DNA of 64,000 bases from an uncultured Gemmatimonadales bacterium (GCA_963771275.1 CAVYSW010000010.1:672001-736000), one strand, 5' to 3'; positions 20,397 to 33,047 are shown, counted from the stretch's first letter. The notes: a model not told the origin generated them from the letters alone. Program-made: numbers and translations.

Positions 20397-21578
20397 GCGC
20401 GCCATCACGTCACCGACGGTATGAAACGACCCGCACACCAGCACCGTGCCGCTGGCGTTACGCAATGCGGTCACTCCCGCGTCGAAATCCGGCTGTACCC
20501 GCACCCGACCGCGGAACTCGGCCTCCACCGCTGCCAGGTTCCACCGGCGCGCCTTCGGGGCGGACGGCGCGTTGGTGACCCAGAGCTCCGCCACCTGCTC
20601 GAGCAGCAGGGCGATCATCGTCCGCCAGTCCTTGTCGTCGAGGATGGACACCAGCGCCCGCAGCGGTCCCGGCGGGGGGAGCGCCCGCAGCGTCGCGAGC
20701 AGCGTCCGAACTCCGTCGGGGTTGTGGGCCACGTCGAACAGCCAGTGTCCCCGGCGGTCGTACCGCCCCGGCAGCCGCGCCGTGGCGAAGCCACGCGCCA
20801 TGGCGTCGGCGTCCGGTCGCAGTCCCGGGGGGAGGGCGCGGAGGACGGCGGCGGCCACTGCCGCGTTTCGTCGCTGGTGCGGCCCCGGCAGGCCCAGGAT
20901 CTCCGGATACCGCTCTTCGGGCGGCACGCGCACCACTGGGGTGGCGCCCGCACCACGGGCCGCCGCCGCCAGGACGGAGGCGAGCGCGCCGTCCGGCTCC
21001 CCCACGACGAACGGCACCCCCGGCTTGGCAATGCCGGCCTTCTCCCGCGCGATGGCGGGGAGGGTCGTGCCGAGATATGCCGTGTGCTCGAGCGCGATGT
21101 GCGTCACCGCGCTCACCAGCGGGGTGAGCACGTTGGTGCTGTCGAGGCGACCACCCAGGCCCACCTCCACTACCGCCACGTCGACTCCCCGGGCAGCGAA
21201 GTCGGCGAACGCGATGGCGGTGGTCGCCTCGAAAAAGCTGGCGCCGGTTCGCTCGATCTCCGGCAGCAGCCGTTCGGTCCACGCCACGAAGCCCGCAGTG
21301 CCGATCGGTTGTCCGTCCACCATCATGCGCTCGCGCACGTCCACCAGGTGCGGCGAGGTGTACAGCGCCGTCCGCCAGCCCGCGGCGCGGAGGGCCTCGT
21401 AGGCGAGCGTGCAGACCGACCCCTTGCCGTTGGTGCCTGCAACGTGGATCGATGGAAAGTGGCGGTGCGGATCGCCCACTGCGGCGAGCAGCTCAGCGGT
21501 CGGCCCCAGCGACCAGGTGGTCGCCCCGCCGGCACGCGGGAAGAGGAAGCCGCAGGCCTCCTCGTAGGTCAGCGACAG
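20370..21578 (-). CDS. folC: Folylpolyglutamate/dihydrofolate synthase (probable non-canonical CTG start)
   Basis: IHVAGTNGKGS, YTSPHL, EVGLGGRLDSTN, EKAGI, DVAHN, GSFHTVG; FolC-like N-terminus extends upstream of the first GTG (21479). Confidence 0.93.
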   Translation of the reverse strand: MSLTYEEACGFLFPRAGGATTWSLGPTAELLAAVGDPHRHFPSIHVAGTNGKGSVCTLAYEALRAAGWRTALYTSPHLVDVRERMMVDGQPIGTAGFVAWTERLLPEIERTGASFFEATTAIAFADFAARGVDVAVVEVGLGGRLDSTNVLTPLVSAVTHIALEHTAYLGTTLPAIAREKAGIAKPGVPFVVGEPDGALASVLAAAARGAGATPVVRVPPEERYPEILGLPGPHQRRNAAVAAAVLRALPPGLRPDADAMARGFATARLPGRYDRRGHWLFDVAHNPDGVRTLLATLRALPPPGPLRALVSILDDKDWRTMIALLLEQVAELWVTNAPSAPKARRWNLAAVEAEFRGRVRVQPDFDAGVTALRNASGTVLVCGSFHTVGDVMARLPGFQPFG

Positions 21579-21580
21579 GG

Positions 21581-22432
21581 CTATGCCCCGAGCGGCTCCA
21601 GGCGCAGCATGAGCCGAAGCAACCGCGCGATGGTCTGTGCCAGATCGAGCCGCGACACGACCATGTCCACCATGCCGTGCTCGAGCAGAAACTCGGCCGT
21701 CTGGAAACCCTCAGGCAGGTCCTGCCCGATGGTCTGCTTGATGACCCGCGGACCGGCGAACCCGACCACCGCCGCGGGCTCGGCAATGATCACGTCTCCC
21801 TGCATTGCGTACGACGCGGAGACCCCGCCGGTGGTGGGGTTGGTGCACAGGGAAACGTACGGGATGCCGGCGTCCTTGAGCTGCGCGATCATGACCGACG
21901 TCTTGGCGAGCTGCATCAGGCTGAGCACGCCCTCCTGCATGCGGGCGCCGCCGGAGGCGGACACGAGAACCAGCGGCACCGCCTCGTCGAGCGAGCGCTG
22001 CGCGAGGCGCGCGATCTTCTCGCCGACCACGCTCCCCATCGAGCCCCCCATGAACGCGAACTCCATGGCCCCGATGTTGAGCGGCACGCCGGTGAGCGTG
22101 CCATGCCCCGTGAGGATCGCGTCCTGACGGCCGGCTTTCCGCGTCGCGACCGCGATCCGCTCCGCGTATCCCTCGAACCCCAGGGCGTCGACCGACCGCA
22201 GATCGCCGTACAACTCGACGAAGCTGCCCTCGTCGGTCAGCAGCTCGACATAGCGCCGCGCGTTGATCCGCCGATGGTTGCCGCAGGCCACGCAGACCTG
22301 CCAGTTCCGCTCGAACTTCTCGCGAATGTCGATGTGGCCGCACTGCTCGCACTTGTCCCACGCGTCGGCCGGGATCTCCAGCCGCTGCCGCACGGGTGTG
22401 CGCTCGCGCCGTTCTTTGCGAAACCACGTCAT
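21581..22432 (-). CDS. accD: Acetyl-CoA carboxylase carboxyltransferase beta subunit
   Basis: CxxC...CxxC Zn ribbon, FMGGSMG, SGGARMQEG, PTTGGV, GFAGPRVI, FQTAEFL. Confidence 0.97.
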   Translation of the reverse strand: MTWFRKERRERTPVRQRLEIPADAWDKCEQCGHIDIREKFERNWQVCVACGNHRRINARRYVELLTDEGSFVELYGDLRSVDALGFEGYAERIAVATRKAGRQDAILTGHGTLTGVPLNIGAMEFAFMGGSMGSVVGEKIARLAQRSLDEAVPLVLVSASGGARMQEGVLSLMQLAKTSVMIAQLKDAGIPYVSLCTNPTTGGVSASYAMQGDVIIAEPAAVVGFAGPRVIKQTIGQDLPEGFQTAEFLLEHGMVDMVVSRLDLAQTIARLLRLMLRLEPLGA

Positions 22433-22536
22433 GCAACGCCGGCCGACTCCTGCGGCGGTGGGAGGGTGGAGGAATCTGACGGCTCAGCCCCGCCACCGCC
22501 ACCCCCGGGCGCCACCCCTTCCCCGGGCGGCCCGCC

Positions 22537-23784
22537 TCATGATTCGGCATAGCCCCCCAGCCGTGCGTCCCAGGCCACCCGCAGCGCCAGGCCGATCGCG
22601 AGGCAGCACGTGAGCAGGAACGAGCCGCCATAGGAGAAGAAGGGCAGCGGGATGCCGGTAATCGGCATGAGCCCGACCGCCATGGCGATGCTCTCCACGA
22701 TGTGCGTGAACAGCATCGCGGCGACACCGAACACCACGAGACTGGAAAACGGGTCGGTCGCGCGGCGCGCGATCCGGACCAGCACCGCGATCAGGGCCGC
22801 GAACAGCAGCAGCGTCACGAGCACGCCGACGAAGCCCAGCTCCTCTCCCACCACCGAGTAGATGAAGTCGGTCGCCTGCTCGGGCAGGAACGCCAGCCGC
22901 TTCTGGGTGCCGGCGGTGAATCCCTTTCCCACCAGGCCTCCGGAACCGATCGCCACCTTCGACTGGATGATGTGCCAGCCCGTCGCGCGGGGATCGATCT
23001 CGGGATTGAGGAACGAGAGCAGGCGGTTCTGCTGATACGGGGCCAATCGGTTCCACAGCCAGAGCGCCATCACGCCCATGCCCACGTTCGTGAGCCACAC
23101 GGTCAGGCCTTCCAGCACGTAGGGCCGCAGCCACATCAGCAGCACGGTGAGCGCGACGATCCACAGGCCCCACGACACGGTCGAGAACGCCAGCAGCAGG
23201 CTGATGATCGGCGAGGCGAGCAGCAACAGCAGCCACGGGCTGACGCCGGCCCAGAACAGCATGGCAAACAGGATGCCGAGGAACACGATGGCGCTGCCCA
23301 GGTCGGGCTGAAGCCCCACCAGCACAAACGGGGTGCCGACGATGAGGCCGATGGGGGCGAGCCGAAACAGCGTCTCCGGCGGCTGGCGCCAGCTGCCCAG
23401 CCGCCGGGCCAGCATCAGAATCACCCCGACCTTGGCCAGCTCGGTCGGCTGACCGATGCGTACGCCACCCACGGCGAGCCAGGACTTGGTGCCCGCCGCG
23501 GTTCCGGCGCCGGTTCCGATGACCAGCGTGGCGGCCAGCAGCAGCAGCCCCAGTCCGTACACGAACGGCGTACCCCACTCGATCAACCGCGGAGAGATGC
23601 GGAACGCGATCGCCCCGCCGACGACTCCCACCGCCAGGAACATCAGCTGGCGCTTCCAGAGGTGCTCGGCCGCCGTCGGCACGTCGGTCTGGCCGGCGGA
23701 GTACAGCACCGCCGTGCCGACAACCAGCAGCGCGGCGACCGTCACCAGCAGGGACCTATCGAGTCCCAGGCGTGGTCCGCGCAT
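22537..23784 (-). CDS. rodA: SEDS peptidoglycan glycosyltransferase RodA
   Basis: QPTELAK, QPDLG, IGSGG, LPEQATDFI, PITGIPLPFFSYGGS; follows mrdA. Confidence 0.96.
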   Translation of the reverse strand: MRGPRLGLDRSLLVTVAALLVVGTAVLYSAGQTDVPTAAEHLWKRQLMFLAVGVVGGAIAFRISPRLIEWGTPFVYGLGLLLLAATLVIGTGAGTAAGTKSWLAVGGVRIGQPTELAKVGVILMLARRLGSWRQPPETLFRLAPIGLIVGTPFVLVGLQPDLGSAIVFLGILFAMLFWAGVSPWLLLLLASPIISLLLAFSTVSWGLWIVALTVLLMWLRPYVLEGLTVWLTNVGMGVMALWLWNRLAPYQQNRLLSFLNPEIDPRATGWHIIQSKVAIGSGGLVGKGFTAGTQKRLAFLPEQATDFIYSVVGEELGFVGVLVTLLLFAALIAVLVRIARRATDPFSSLVVFGVAAMLFTHIVESIAMAVGLMPITGIPLPFFSYGGSFLLTCCLAIGLALRVAWDARLGGYAES

Positions 23785-25615
23785 TGGTCCGGTCTTGGGG
23801 CAGGATGGGCAGCGGCGCCGGCGCGGAATCGTCCGGCACGGCGAGCCGGGCGTCGCCCAGATCGGCCGGTCCCGCGCCCTGGAGGTAGTGGGCGATGATG
23901 CTCGTGACCATGGGGGCCACCGCCGATCCGTGCTCCGCGAACTCGACAATCGCGGCAACCACGACACGCGGCTGATCGGCCGGCGCGAACGCCACGAACC
24001 AGCCGTGATCCGGGCCGTGCGCGTTCTGCGCCGAGCCGGTCTTGCCGGCGATTTGCAGGTCGGCAACGCGTGAGCGGGCCGCCGTGCCGCCTTCGACGAC
24101 GGAAACGAGCGCCTCGCGCAGCCCGCCGAGGGCGCTCGGCGGCAGGTCGAGGCGACGCGGCGCGGCATCCCGGCTGACCGTGACCAGGTGGGGCAACGGC
24201 GCGCGCCCGTCGGGACTCGCGAGCAACGCGTAGAAATACGCCATGCTGAGCGGCGTCTGGACGTTCTCCCCCTGACCAATCGCGAGATTCAGGGTCACGG
24301 CCCTGGTCCAGCCCCGGGGGCCGTACCGCCGATTGTAGTACTCCTGGGAGGCCGGCAGGAACGACGACCGCTCGTTGGGCAGGTCGATCCCGAGCTGGTC
24401 GTGCATCCCCAACGCGCCGGCATCCTGGAGCAGGTCGGCCAGTCCCAGCTTGAGCCCGAGCTGGTAGAAGTAGACGTCGCACGAGTACTTGATCGCGTCA
24501 CGCAACGAGATGTCACCGTGGCCGTCCACCTTCCAGCAGCGGAAGTAGCGGTTGTAGTACTGCAGGCCTCCGCGGCAGGGGATGTCCATGTGACTGTCCA
24601 GGGTCACGATGCCGCGCTTCAACGCGATCGCGGCGATCAGCAGCTTCCACGGCGACGCGGGCGGATACGCGGCCTGGATGGCACGGTCCAGCAGCGGGTG
24701 ATCGTCGGCCGACGAGAGCGTGTGCCACAGCGCCGCATCGATCCCGCCGATGAAGGCGTTGGGATCGTAGGTGGGGGACGAGTAGAGCGCGAGCACCCCG
24801 CCCGTCTGAGGGTCGAGGACGACGACGGCCCCGCGCCGGCCGGCCGGGAAGGTCGCGGCGACGTAGCGCTGCAGGGTCATGTCGAGCGTCGTCCTGATGG
24901 TGACCCCCGGCTCCGGTTCGAGCGGCGGGGCCACTCCCTGGTCGCGCACAGTCCGTCCGAGCGCGTCCACCTCCACGAAGCGCATGCCGTCCCGGCCCCG
25001 CAGCACGGCGTCATACTGCCGCTCGAGGCCGTCCCGTCCCACCAGCGTCCCCGGTCGGCCGCCCGCGACGTTGCCCGACGCGAGCTCGGCCTCCGTGATC
25101 TCGGAGACGTAGCCGATCGCGTGCGACATCACCGGGCCGTTCGGGTAGCGCCGTTTGGGCTCGGTCTGCACCACGAGCCCGGGAATCAGGACCCGCCGCT
25201 CCTCCAGAGCCGAAACGGTCTCGAACGGGATGTCGCGCCGGATCGTCACCACCTCGGAGGGCTTGCGTCGATACCGCTGCAGGATGTCCGGCATTGCCGC
25301 GCTGTCCACCCCGGCCAGCGGCCCGATCCGCTTGAGGGTGGCGGCCAGGGAATCGGCGTTGGGAGCCAGAAGGCCGACGGAATAGCCCGGCTCGTTCTCC
25401 GCGAGCGCCTCACCGTGACGGTCGAGGATCAGCCCCCGAGGTGCCGGGATCGGGACGGCTCGCAGGCGGTTCTGCTCCGAGGCCAGCGCGTAGCGGTCGG
25501 CCGAGAGCACCTGGGTGCGGAAGAACGCCGTCAGCAGCACGCCGGCCGCTCCCCACACCACCAGGTTGGCGACAAAGGCACGCCGGGCCACGAGGTGGGG
25601 GTGGAACCAGTTCAT
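23756..25615 (-). CDS. mrdA: Penicillin-binding protein 2
   Basis: APRGLILDR, SPWK (SxxK), SCD (SxD), KTG; lies within the mre operon. Confidence 0.96.
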   Translation of the reverse strand: MNWFHPHLVARRAFVANLVVWGAAGVLLTAFFRTQVLSADRYALASEQNRLRAVPIPAPRGLILDRHGEALAENEPGYSVGLLAPNADSLAATLKRIGPLAGVDSAAMPDILQRYRRKPSEVVTIRRDIPFETVSALEERRVLIPGLVVQTEPKRRYPNGPVMSHAIGYVSEITEAELASGNVAGGRPGTLVGRDGLERQYDAVLRGRDGMRFVEVDALGRTVRDQGVAPPLEPEPGVTIRTTLDMTLQRYVAATFPAGRRGAVVVLDPQTGGVLALYSSPTYDPNAFIGGIDAALWHTLSSADDHPLLDRAIQAAYPPASPWKLLIAAIALKRGIVTLDSHMDIPCRGGLQYYNRYFRCWKVDGHGDISLRDAIKYSCDVYFYQLGLKLGLADLLQDAGALGMHDQLGIDLPNERSSFLPASQEYYNRRYGPRGWTRAVTLNLAIGQGENVQTPLSMAYFYALLASPDGRAPLPHLVTVSRDAAPRRLDLPPSALGGLREALVSVVEGGTAARSRVADLQIAGKTGSAQNAHGPDHGWFVAFAPADQPRVVVAAIVEFAEHGSAVAPMVTSIIAHYLQGAGPADLGDARLAVPDDSAPAPLPILPQDRTNARTTPGTR

Positions 25616-26109
25616 CCCGTTGCTCGTACCCGCAGCCAGCCCTGGAGGATCATCTCAACCAGCACGCCGACCATTGCCGTGGTGAGGCCCTGCAGCGGCG
25701 TCCACAGGCCGAGCTGCCAGGCGATGCTGGTGCCGCCGGCATGCCCGCCCCACAGGAGCACGAGCACGTCCCGCATGAGGACCCCCCCGAAGAAGAAGGC
25801 CGCGGCGACGAGCCGGTTTTCGGCGAAGAAGACCGCCTTCCCCCAGGCGGCGAGGAAACCGACCGCGGAGTACGCCAGCATCGCGGACCCGAAAGCCACC
25901 GGGTTGAGCGAGTCGCTCAGCAGGCCCACGAGATAGCCCGCCACGGCCGCCCGCCCCGGGCGGGCGCGGATGGCGTAGACGAGGAGCGCCAGTAGCAGGA
26001 AGTCGGGCGCCACCCGGGGACTCCCCAGCCAGGGCCGTAGTCCGAAATGGAGCACGACCAACACCGCGAGCACCACCCAGAGCCGTCTCACACCGGACGC
26101 GCGCGTCAT
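25612..26109 (-). CDS. mreD: Rod shape-determining protein MreD
   Basis: Hydrophobic, with PDFLLL and GLLSD motifs; between mreC and mrdA. Confidence 0.9.
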   Translation of the reverse strand: MTRASGVRRLWVVLAVLVVLHFGLRPWLGSPRVAPDFLLLALLVYAIRARPGRAAVAGYLVGLLSDSLNPVAFGSAMLAYSAVGFLAAWGKAVFFAENRLVAAAFFFGGVLMRDVLVLLWGGHAGGTSIAWQLGLWTPLQGLTTAMVGVLVEMILQGWLRVRATG

Positions 26110-26939
26110 CGCGCTTCCTCGGGGAACGCCGAGAACACGTCGGGGGCTGGGCTCACCAGGATGATCACGTGGGTGGCGGAGGCCGGATGCACGGCCGCCA
26201 GCACCCGATAGGTCCGCGACAGCCCTTCCTGCTCGCCGGTCACACCCCGCACCTCGCCGATCGGGATGCCCCGGGGGTAGACCCCGCCGAAGCCGGAGGT
26301 ATACAGCTTGGTTCCGTCTGGTACCACGTCGCGGTACGGCACGCCGCTGAGGCTCATCCCCAGGGTGTTCGGGCCGGTCGCCCCGTCGGGCGCGACGAGC
26401 CCGAAGACCGACCCGTCCCGGGTCATCGCGCTGACCCGGAAGTCGGGATGGGTCCACAGCACCGCCACCGAGCGCTTGGCGTCCACGCTGCGCACGACGC
26501 CCAGCAGCCCGAGCGGGGTGACCACCGGCGACAGCGGCCGGACCCCCTGGTCGGTGCCGGCGGACAGGAGCACGGAGACGCCCGCGGTGGGGGTCGACTC
26601 CCGCAGGATCTCGGCGGAAACGGCGCGACCGGTCAGCCGGCCGCTCAGGCTGAGGAGCTGTCGCAGTCGCGCGTTTTCCTCCTCGAGGCCTTCAGCCCGC
26701 AGCGCCATCACGACCGCGGAGTCGCGCTCGGCCACCAGGGCGTCCACGCGGGTCAGCGAGCTCTGGAGCAATTGCGCTTGATCCTGCAAGGCGAGAAACG
26801 GCGCAAGCAGCGTGCTCCGCACGGCCGCCGCGACCCCTGCCTGGACCGACCCGGGAACCGCGCGCGCGACGAGCGCCAGCACGACACACGCCACGAACGC
26901 CAGGGTGTCCCACCGCGAAGTGAACCGCTCGGACACCAC
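26106..26939 (-). CDS. mreC: Rod shape-determining protein MreC
   Basis: TM, coiled coil EEENARLRQLL, GLLGVV, TSGFGGVYPRGIPIG. Confidence 0.94.
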   Translation of the reverse strand: MVSERFTSRWDTLAFVACVVLALVARAVPGSVQAGVAAAVRSTLLAPFLALQDQAQLLQSSLTRVDALVAERDSAVVMALRAEGLEEENARLRQLLSLSGRLTGRAVSAEILRESTPTAGVSVLLSAGTDQGVRPLSPVVTPLGLLGVVRSVDAKRSVAVLWTHPDFRVSAMTRDGSVFGLVAPDGATGPNTLGMSLSGVPYRDVVPDGTKLYTSGFGGVYPRGIPIGEVRGVTGEQEGLSRTYRVLAAVHPASATHVIILVSPAPDVFSAFPEEAR

Positions 26940-26946
26940 GACCGGC

Positions 26947-27984
26947 TCAGGTCATCAGGACGGTACGGTACTTCTCGGGATCGTCGAGAATCCGACCGGT
27001 GCCGCGCACGACGCACGTCAGGGGGTCTTCGTCAACGCGGATCGGCAGCGACGTGTCCTGCGTGAGCAGCAGGTCGAGCCCCCGGATCAGGGCGCCGCCT
27101 CCCGCCATCACGATGCCGCGGTCCACGATGTCGCTGGCGAGCTCCGGCGGGGTGATCTCGAGCGCACGCCGCACGGCATCGACGATCTGCTGGATCGGTT
27201 CCTGGATGGCTTCGCGGATCTCGCTGGAGTGCACGCGGACCACCTTGGGAATACCGGAAACGAGGTCGCGGCCCTTGGCTTCCATTTCCTGCTCTTCGCC
27301 GACCGGCGCCGCGGAGCCGATCTGGATCTTGATGGTCTCGGCGGTGGGCTCCCCGATCAGGAGGTTGTAGTTCTTGCGCATGAACTGCACGATCGCCTGG
27401 TCCATCTCGTCGCCGCCGGTGCGGATCGACGTGTCGCTCACGATCCCCGACAGGGCGATCACCGCAATCTCGGTCGTCCCCCCACCGATGTCGATCACCA
27501 TGTTGCCCGTCGGCGTCTCGACCGGGAGCCCGACCCCGATCGCGGCGGCCATGGGCTCGGCGACCATGTAGACCTCTTTGGCCCCTGCCGACTGGGCGCT
27601 GTCGCGCACCGCGCGTTTCTCCACCTCGGTGATGCCGCTCGGCACGCCGACGACCACCTTGGGCTTGACCCGGAAGAAGTGCTTGCTGATGATCGACGCG
27701 AGAAAGTACCGCAACATCTTCTCGGTCACGTCGAAATCGGCGATCACGCCATCTTTGAGGGGCCGCACCGCCAGGATGCCTTCCGGCGTGCGTCCGAGCA
27801 TCCGCTTCGCCTCCAGCCCGATGCCCTTGATCTTGCCCGTGCTCTTTTCGATGGCCACGACCGACGGTTCGTTCAGCACGATCCCTTCACCCCGGACGTA
27901 GATCAGGGTGTTCGACGTGCCGAGATCCACCGCGATCTCATTCGCGGGTAACAGGCTTCCGAGTCTCAGTCTGGGCAGGCGCAT
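26947..27984 (-). CDS. mreB: Actin-like MreB
   Basis: DLGTSN, EPSVVA, RPLKDGVIADF, DIGGGTTE, AGGGALI. Confidence 0.98.
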   Translation of the reverse strand: MRLPRLRLGSLLPANEIAVDLGTSNTLIYVRGEGIVLNEPSVVAIEKSTGKIKGIGLEAKRMLGRTPEGILAVRPLKDGVIADFDVTEKMLRYFLASIISKHFFRVKPKVVVGVPSGITEVEKRAVRDSAQSAGAKEVYMVAEPMAAAIGVGLPVETPTGNMVIDIGGGTTEIAVIALSGIVSDTSIRTGGDEMDQAIVQFMRKNYNLLIGEPTAETIKIQIGSAAPVGEEQEMEAKGRDLVSGIPKVVRVHSSEIREAIQEPIQQIVDAVRRALEITPPELASDIVDRGIVMAGGGALIRGLDLLLTQDTSLPIRVDEDPLTCVVRGTGRILDDPEKYRTVLMT

Positions 27985-28053
27985 GCGCGATCGTGAATGC
28001 TGGTCGACACCAGAAGGTGCCCTGCGCGGACCAGGGCGTTGCACAGGCGCCTC

Positions 28054-28082
28054 AACATAATGGCTGCCCTAAGTTATGACAA
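28054..28082 (-). promoter_or_regulatory. sigma70-type promoter of the mre operon
   Basis: TTGTCA-17-TATGTT in an AT-rich patch. Confidence 0.65.
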
Positions 28083-28230
28083 GATCGTGAGTTAAACCAG
28101 GCCACCGCAGCCCTTGCCTGAGCCCGGTCGGGTGGCCGCCCCGGCGGCCGCGTGGGTGTCGACGAGCGGCCCGAAACGCGAACGGGGCTCCGGCGGCGAG
28201 CCGGGCCCCGAGCGCGGGCGCCTGGGCCGC

Positions 28231-29343
28231 CTAAAGCAGGCTGTCGAGACCGTGCAGCTTCATCCCGAACGCTTCCGCGACGCCGGGATAGACCACCTTG
28301 CCCCCGATGATGTTGAGACCCAGCGCAAGCGCCCGATCCGCCTTGCAGGCGTCCTGCCACCCCAGGCGCGCGAGCGTACGCGCGTAGACAAATGTGGCGT
28401 TGGTGAGCGCCAGCGTGGACGTGCGCGGCACCGCGCCAGGCATGTTCGCCACGCCATAGTGCACCACCCCGTCCACGATGTAGGTAGGCTTCTCGTGCGT
28501 CGTCGGCTTGATGGTCTCCACGCACCCGCCCTGGTCCACCGCGACGTCCACGATGACCGAGCCCGGCTTCATCCGCTTGAGGTCCCCGCGGCGCACGAGC
28601 TTGGGCGCCTTGGCGCCGGGGACCAGCACTCCGCCGATCAGGAGATCGGCCTTCTCCAACTGCTCGAGCAGGGTGAACCGATCGGAGTAGATCAGGTCTA
28701 CGTTGGCGGGCATCACGTCGGACAAATAGCGCAGGCGTTCCAGGTTCACGTCGAGGATCGTCACGTGGGCGCCGAGCCCGGCAGCCATCTTGGCCGCGTT
28801 CGTCCCGACGACACCGCCCCCGATCACCAGGACCTCCGCCGGGCTCACGCCGGGAACGCCTCCCAGCAGGATGCCCCGCCCGCCCAGCAGCTTCTCGAGG
28901 TACTTGGCGCCCTCCTGCACCGCCATGCGGCCCGCGACCTCGCTCATGGGGGTAAGCAGCGGCAGCTCGCCCGACGCCAGCTGGACGGTTTCGTACGCGA
29001 TGGCCACACTGCCGGATTTCAGGACGGCTTTGGTCAGGACCTCGTCCGCCGCGAAATGGAAATACGTAAAGAGCAGCTGACCCTTCCGCATCATCGGCCA
29101 CTCGGACTGGATCGGCTCCTTGACCTTCACGATCATGTCGGCCTTGGCCCAGAGCTCCTCCACTTTGGCCACCAGGGTGGCTCCGGCCTCGCGGTACTGC
29201 GCATCGGCGAATCCGCTGCCTTCGCCGGCCCCTGCTTCGATGAGCACCGTGTGGGAGTCTGCGACCAGTCCCTGCGCACCCGCCGGGACCAGCGCGACCC
29301 GGTTCTCATTGGTCTTTATTTCCTTCGGTACGCCAATGATCAT
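28231..29343 (-). CDS. ald: Alanine dehydrogenase
   Basis: MIIGVPKEIK..ENRV, KVKEP, PMSEVAG, GGGVVG, DVAVDQGG, VANMPG. Confidence 0.97.
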   Translation of the reverse strand: MIIGVPKEIKTNENRVALVPAGAQGLVADSHTVLIEAGAGEGSGFADAQYREAGATLVAKVEELWAKADMIVKVKEPIQSEWPMMRKGQLLFTYFHFAADEVLTKAVLKSGSVAIAYETVQLASGELPLLTPMSEVAGRMAVQEGAKYLEKLLGGRGILLGGVPGVSPAEVLVIGGGVVGTNAAKMAAGLGAHVTILDVNLERLRYLSDVMPANVDLIYSDRFTLLEQLEKADLLIGGVLVPGAKAPKLVRRGDLKRMKPGSVIVDVAVDQGGCVETIKPTTHEKPTYIVDGVVHYGVANMPGAVPRTSTLALTNATFVYARTLARLGWQDACKADRALALGLNIIGGKVVYPGVAEAFGMKLHGLDSLL

Positions 29344-29365
29344 GGCTAGCTCGTTCGGCTGAGGG

Positions 29366-30616
29366 TTACTGTGGACCGAGCCAGACGGCCGTCTGGCGCT
29401 CGGCATCCAGGAATTCCCCTGCGACCGCCGCGACCTCATCCTGACGCACGGCTTCGATCTCCCGGAGGGTCTCGTCGATCGTATGGTACGATACCTCATT
29501 GAGCGGGAACCCCGCCAGCCGGTACATTCGTGCCGACGGGCTCTCGAGCGCGAGGGTCACCTGACCCTTGAGCTGCTGTTTCGCCTCTGTCAACGTCGCC
29601 GCGTCGAGGCCCTCCGCCGCCATCCGCCGCAGCTCCGTACGAATCGCGTCCATCGCCGGGTCGGCGGTGGACGGGTGGGTACCCACGTACACCCCACACA
29701 CGCCACCCTGGCGGTAGAACGACTGGAACGCGAACACGGAATACGCCAGTCCGCGCTCCTCGCGAACCTGCTGAAACAGCCGGCTCGACATGCCGCCGCC
29801 GAGCACATTGGCGAGGAGGATGAGCGCGTAGCGCCGCGGATCGCGGTAGGGGAACGTGTCGGTGCCGAGCACGATGTGCGTCTGCGCCAGATCCCGCCCC
29901 ACGCGGATCTCGCGCCCGCGCACCGCGGGGAGCGGCAGCACTTCGACGGGATCGGGACCGGGCGGGAACCCGAACCAGCCGCACTCCGCGAGCAGCGCCA
30001 ACAGCCCCTCGTGCTCGACCGAGCCGGCCGCCGCGATCACCACGTGGCGTGGATGGTACGCGCGCGCGTGCAGCTCCCGGAGGTGCTCCGCGCGAAGCTG
30101 CCCCACCGTCTCCCGCGTGCCGATGATGGGGTAGCCGTACGAGTGCTCCGGCCACAGGGCGGCGGCATGCACGTCGAACACGAGGTCATCGGGGGTGTCG
30201 TCGATCGTGCTGATTTCCTCCAGCACGACCTTGCGCTCCAGCTCGAGGTCCCGCGCGCGCAGCGCTGGGTGGCGCACCAGATCGGTCAGAACGTCGAGCG
30301 CCCGCGGCAGATCCTCGTCGAGCACGCGCGCCTGGTAGGAGGTGTGGTCGCGCGACGTGAAGGCATCGAGCGAGCCGCCCCGCACCTCCAGGGCCAGCGC
30401 GATGTCCCGCGCGGTGCGGCGGTCGGTGCCCTTGAAGACCATGTGTTCGAGGAGGTGGGAAACGCCCATGACCGCCCGCTCCTCGTGCGCGGAGGCGGTG
30501 CGCACCCACATCCCCACCGCCACCGACCGGACGGTGGGGAGTGCTTCCGAGAGAACGACGACGCCGTTCTCGGCCTCGGTGCGGTACAGGCCCTCGTCGA
30601 GCCGCAGCGTCCGCAC
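29366..30616 (-). CDS. M16 family zinc peptidase
   Basis: Inverted zincin HLLEH, GGGMSSRLFQ; typical position after pnp. Confidence 0.94.
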   Translation of the reverse strand: MRTLRLDEGLYRTEAENGVVVLSEALPTVRSVAVGMWVRTASAHEERAVMGVSHLLEHMVFKGTDRRTARDIALALEVRGGSLDAFTSRDHTSYQARVLDEDLPRALDVLTDLVRHPALRARDLELERKVVLEEISTIDDTPDDLVFDVHAAALWPEHSYGYPIIGTRETVGQLRAEHLRELHARAYHPRHVVIAAAGSVEHEGLLALLAECGWFGFPPGPDPVEVLPLPAVRGREIRVGRDLAQTHIVLGTDTFPYRDPRRYALILLANVLGGGMSSRLFQQVREERGLAYSVFAFQSFYRQGGVCGVYVGTHPSTADPAMDAIRTELRRMAAEGLDAATLTEAKQQLKGQVTLALESPSARMYRLAGFPLNEVSYHTIDETLREIEAVRQDEVAAVAGEFLDAERQTAVWLGPQ

Positions 30617-30620
30617 CGGA

Positions 30621-32705
<2,085 letters not shown>

Positions 32706-32786
32706 GGCTTTCCTTGAACGAGCACACGCGAACACACAGGGCGCCCGGGGTGCTCGGCCCGGACGCCCGCCGCCCGCACGTCGACC

Positions 32787-33047
32787 CTAGTGACGCAGGC
32801 CGAGCTCGTCGATGAGTTGCCGGTACCCGGTGAGATCCGACCGACGCATGTACTCCAGCAGCCGACGGCGCTTGCTGACCAGCATCAGCAGACCGCGCCG
32901 GGAGTGATGGTCTTTCGGGTGGGTACGGAAGTGGTCGGTCAGGGAGTTGATCCGCTCCGTGATCAACGCGACCTGAACCCGCGCGGAGCCCGTGTCGCTC
33001 GGCGATTTCTGGTGCTTCTGGACCACCGCGTGCTTGTCAACGGTCAT
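32787..33047 (-). CDS. rpsO: 30S ribosomal protein S15
   Basis: [16 protein letters not shown]...[27 protein letters not shown]. Confidence 0.97.
   Translation of the reverse strand: MTVDKHAVVQKHQKSPSDTGSARVQVALITERINSLTDHFRTHPKDHHSRRGLLMLVSKRRRLLEYMRRSDLTGYRQLIDELGLRH

Noticed and set aside
28040..28085. dif-like TTATGTTGA arm upstream of mreB
   Set aside because: No matching XerC arm; better explained as the mreB TTGTCA-17-TATGTT promoter
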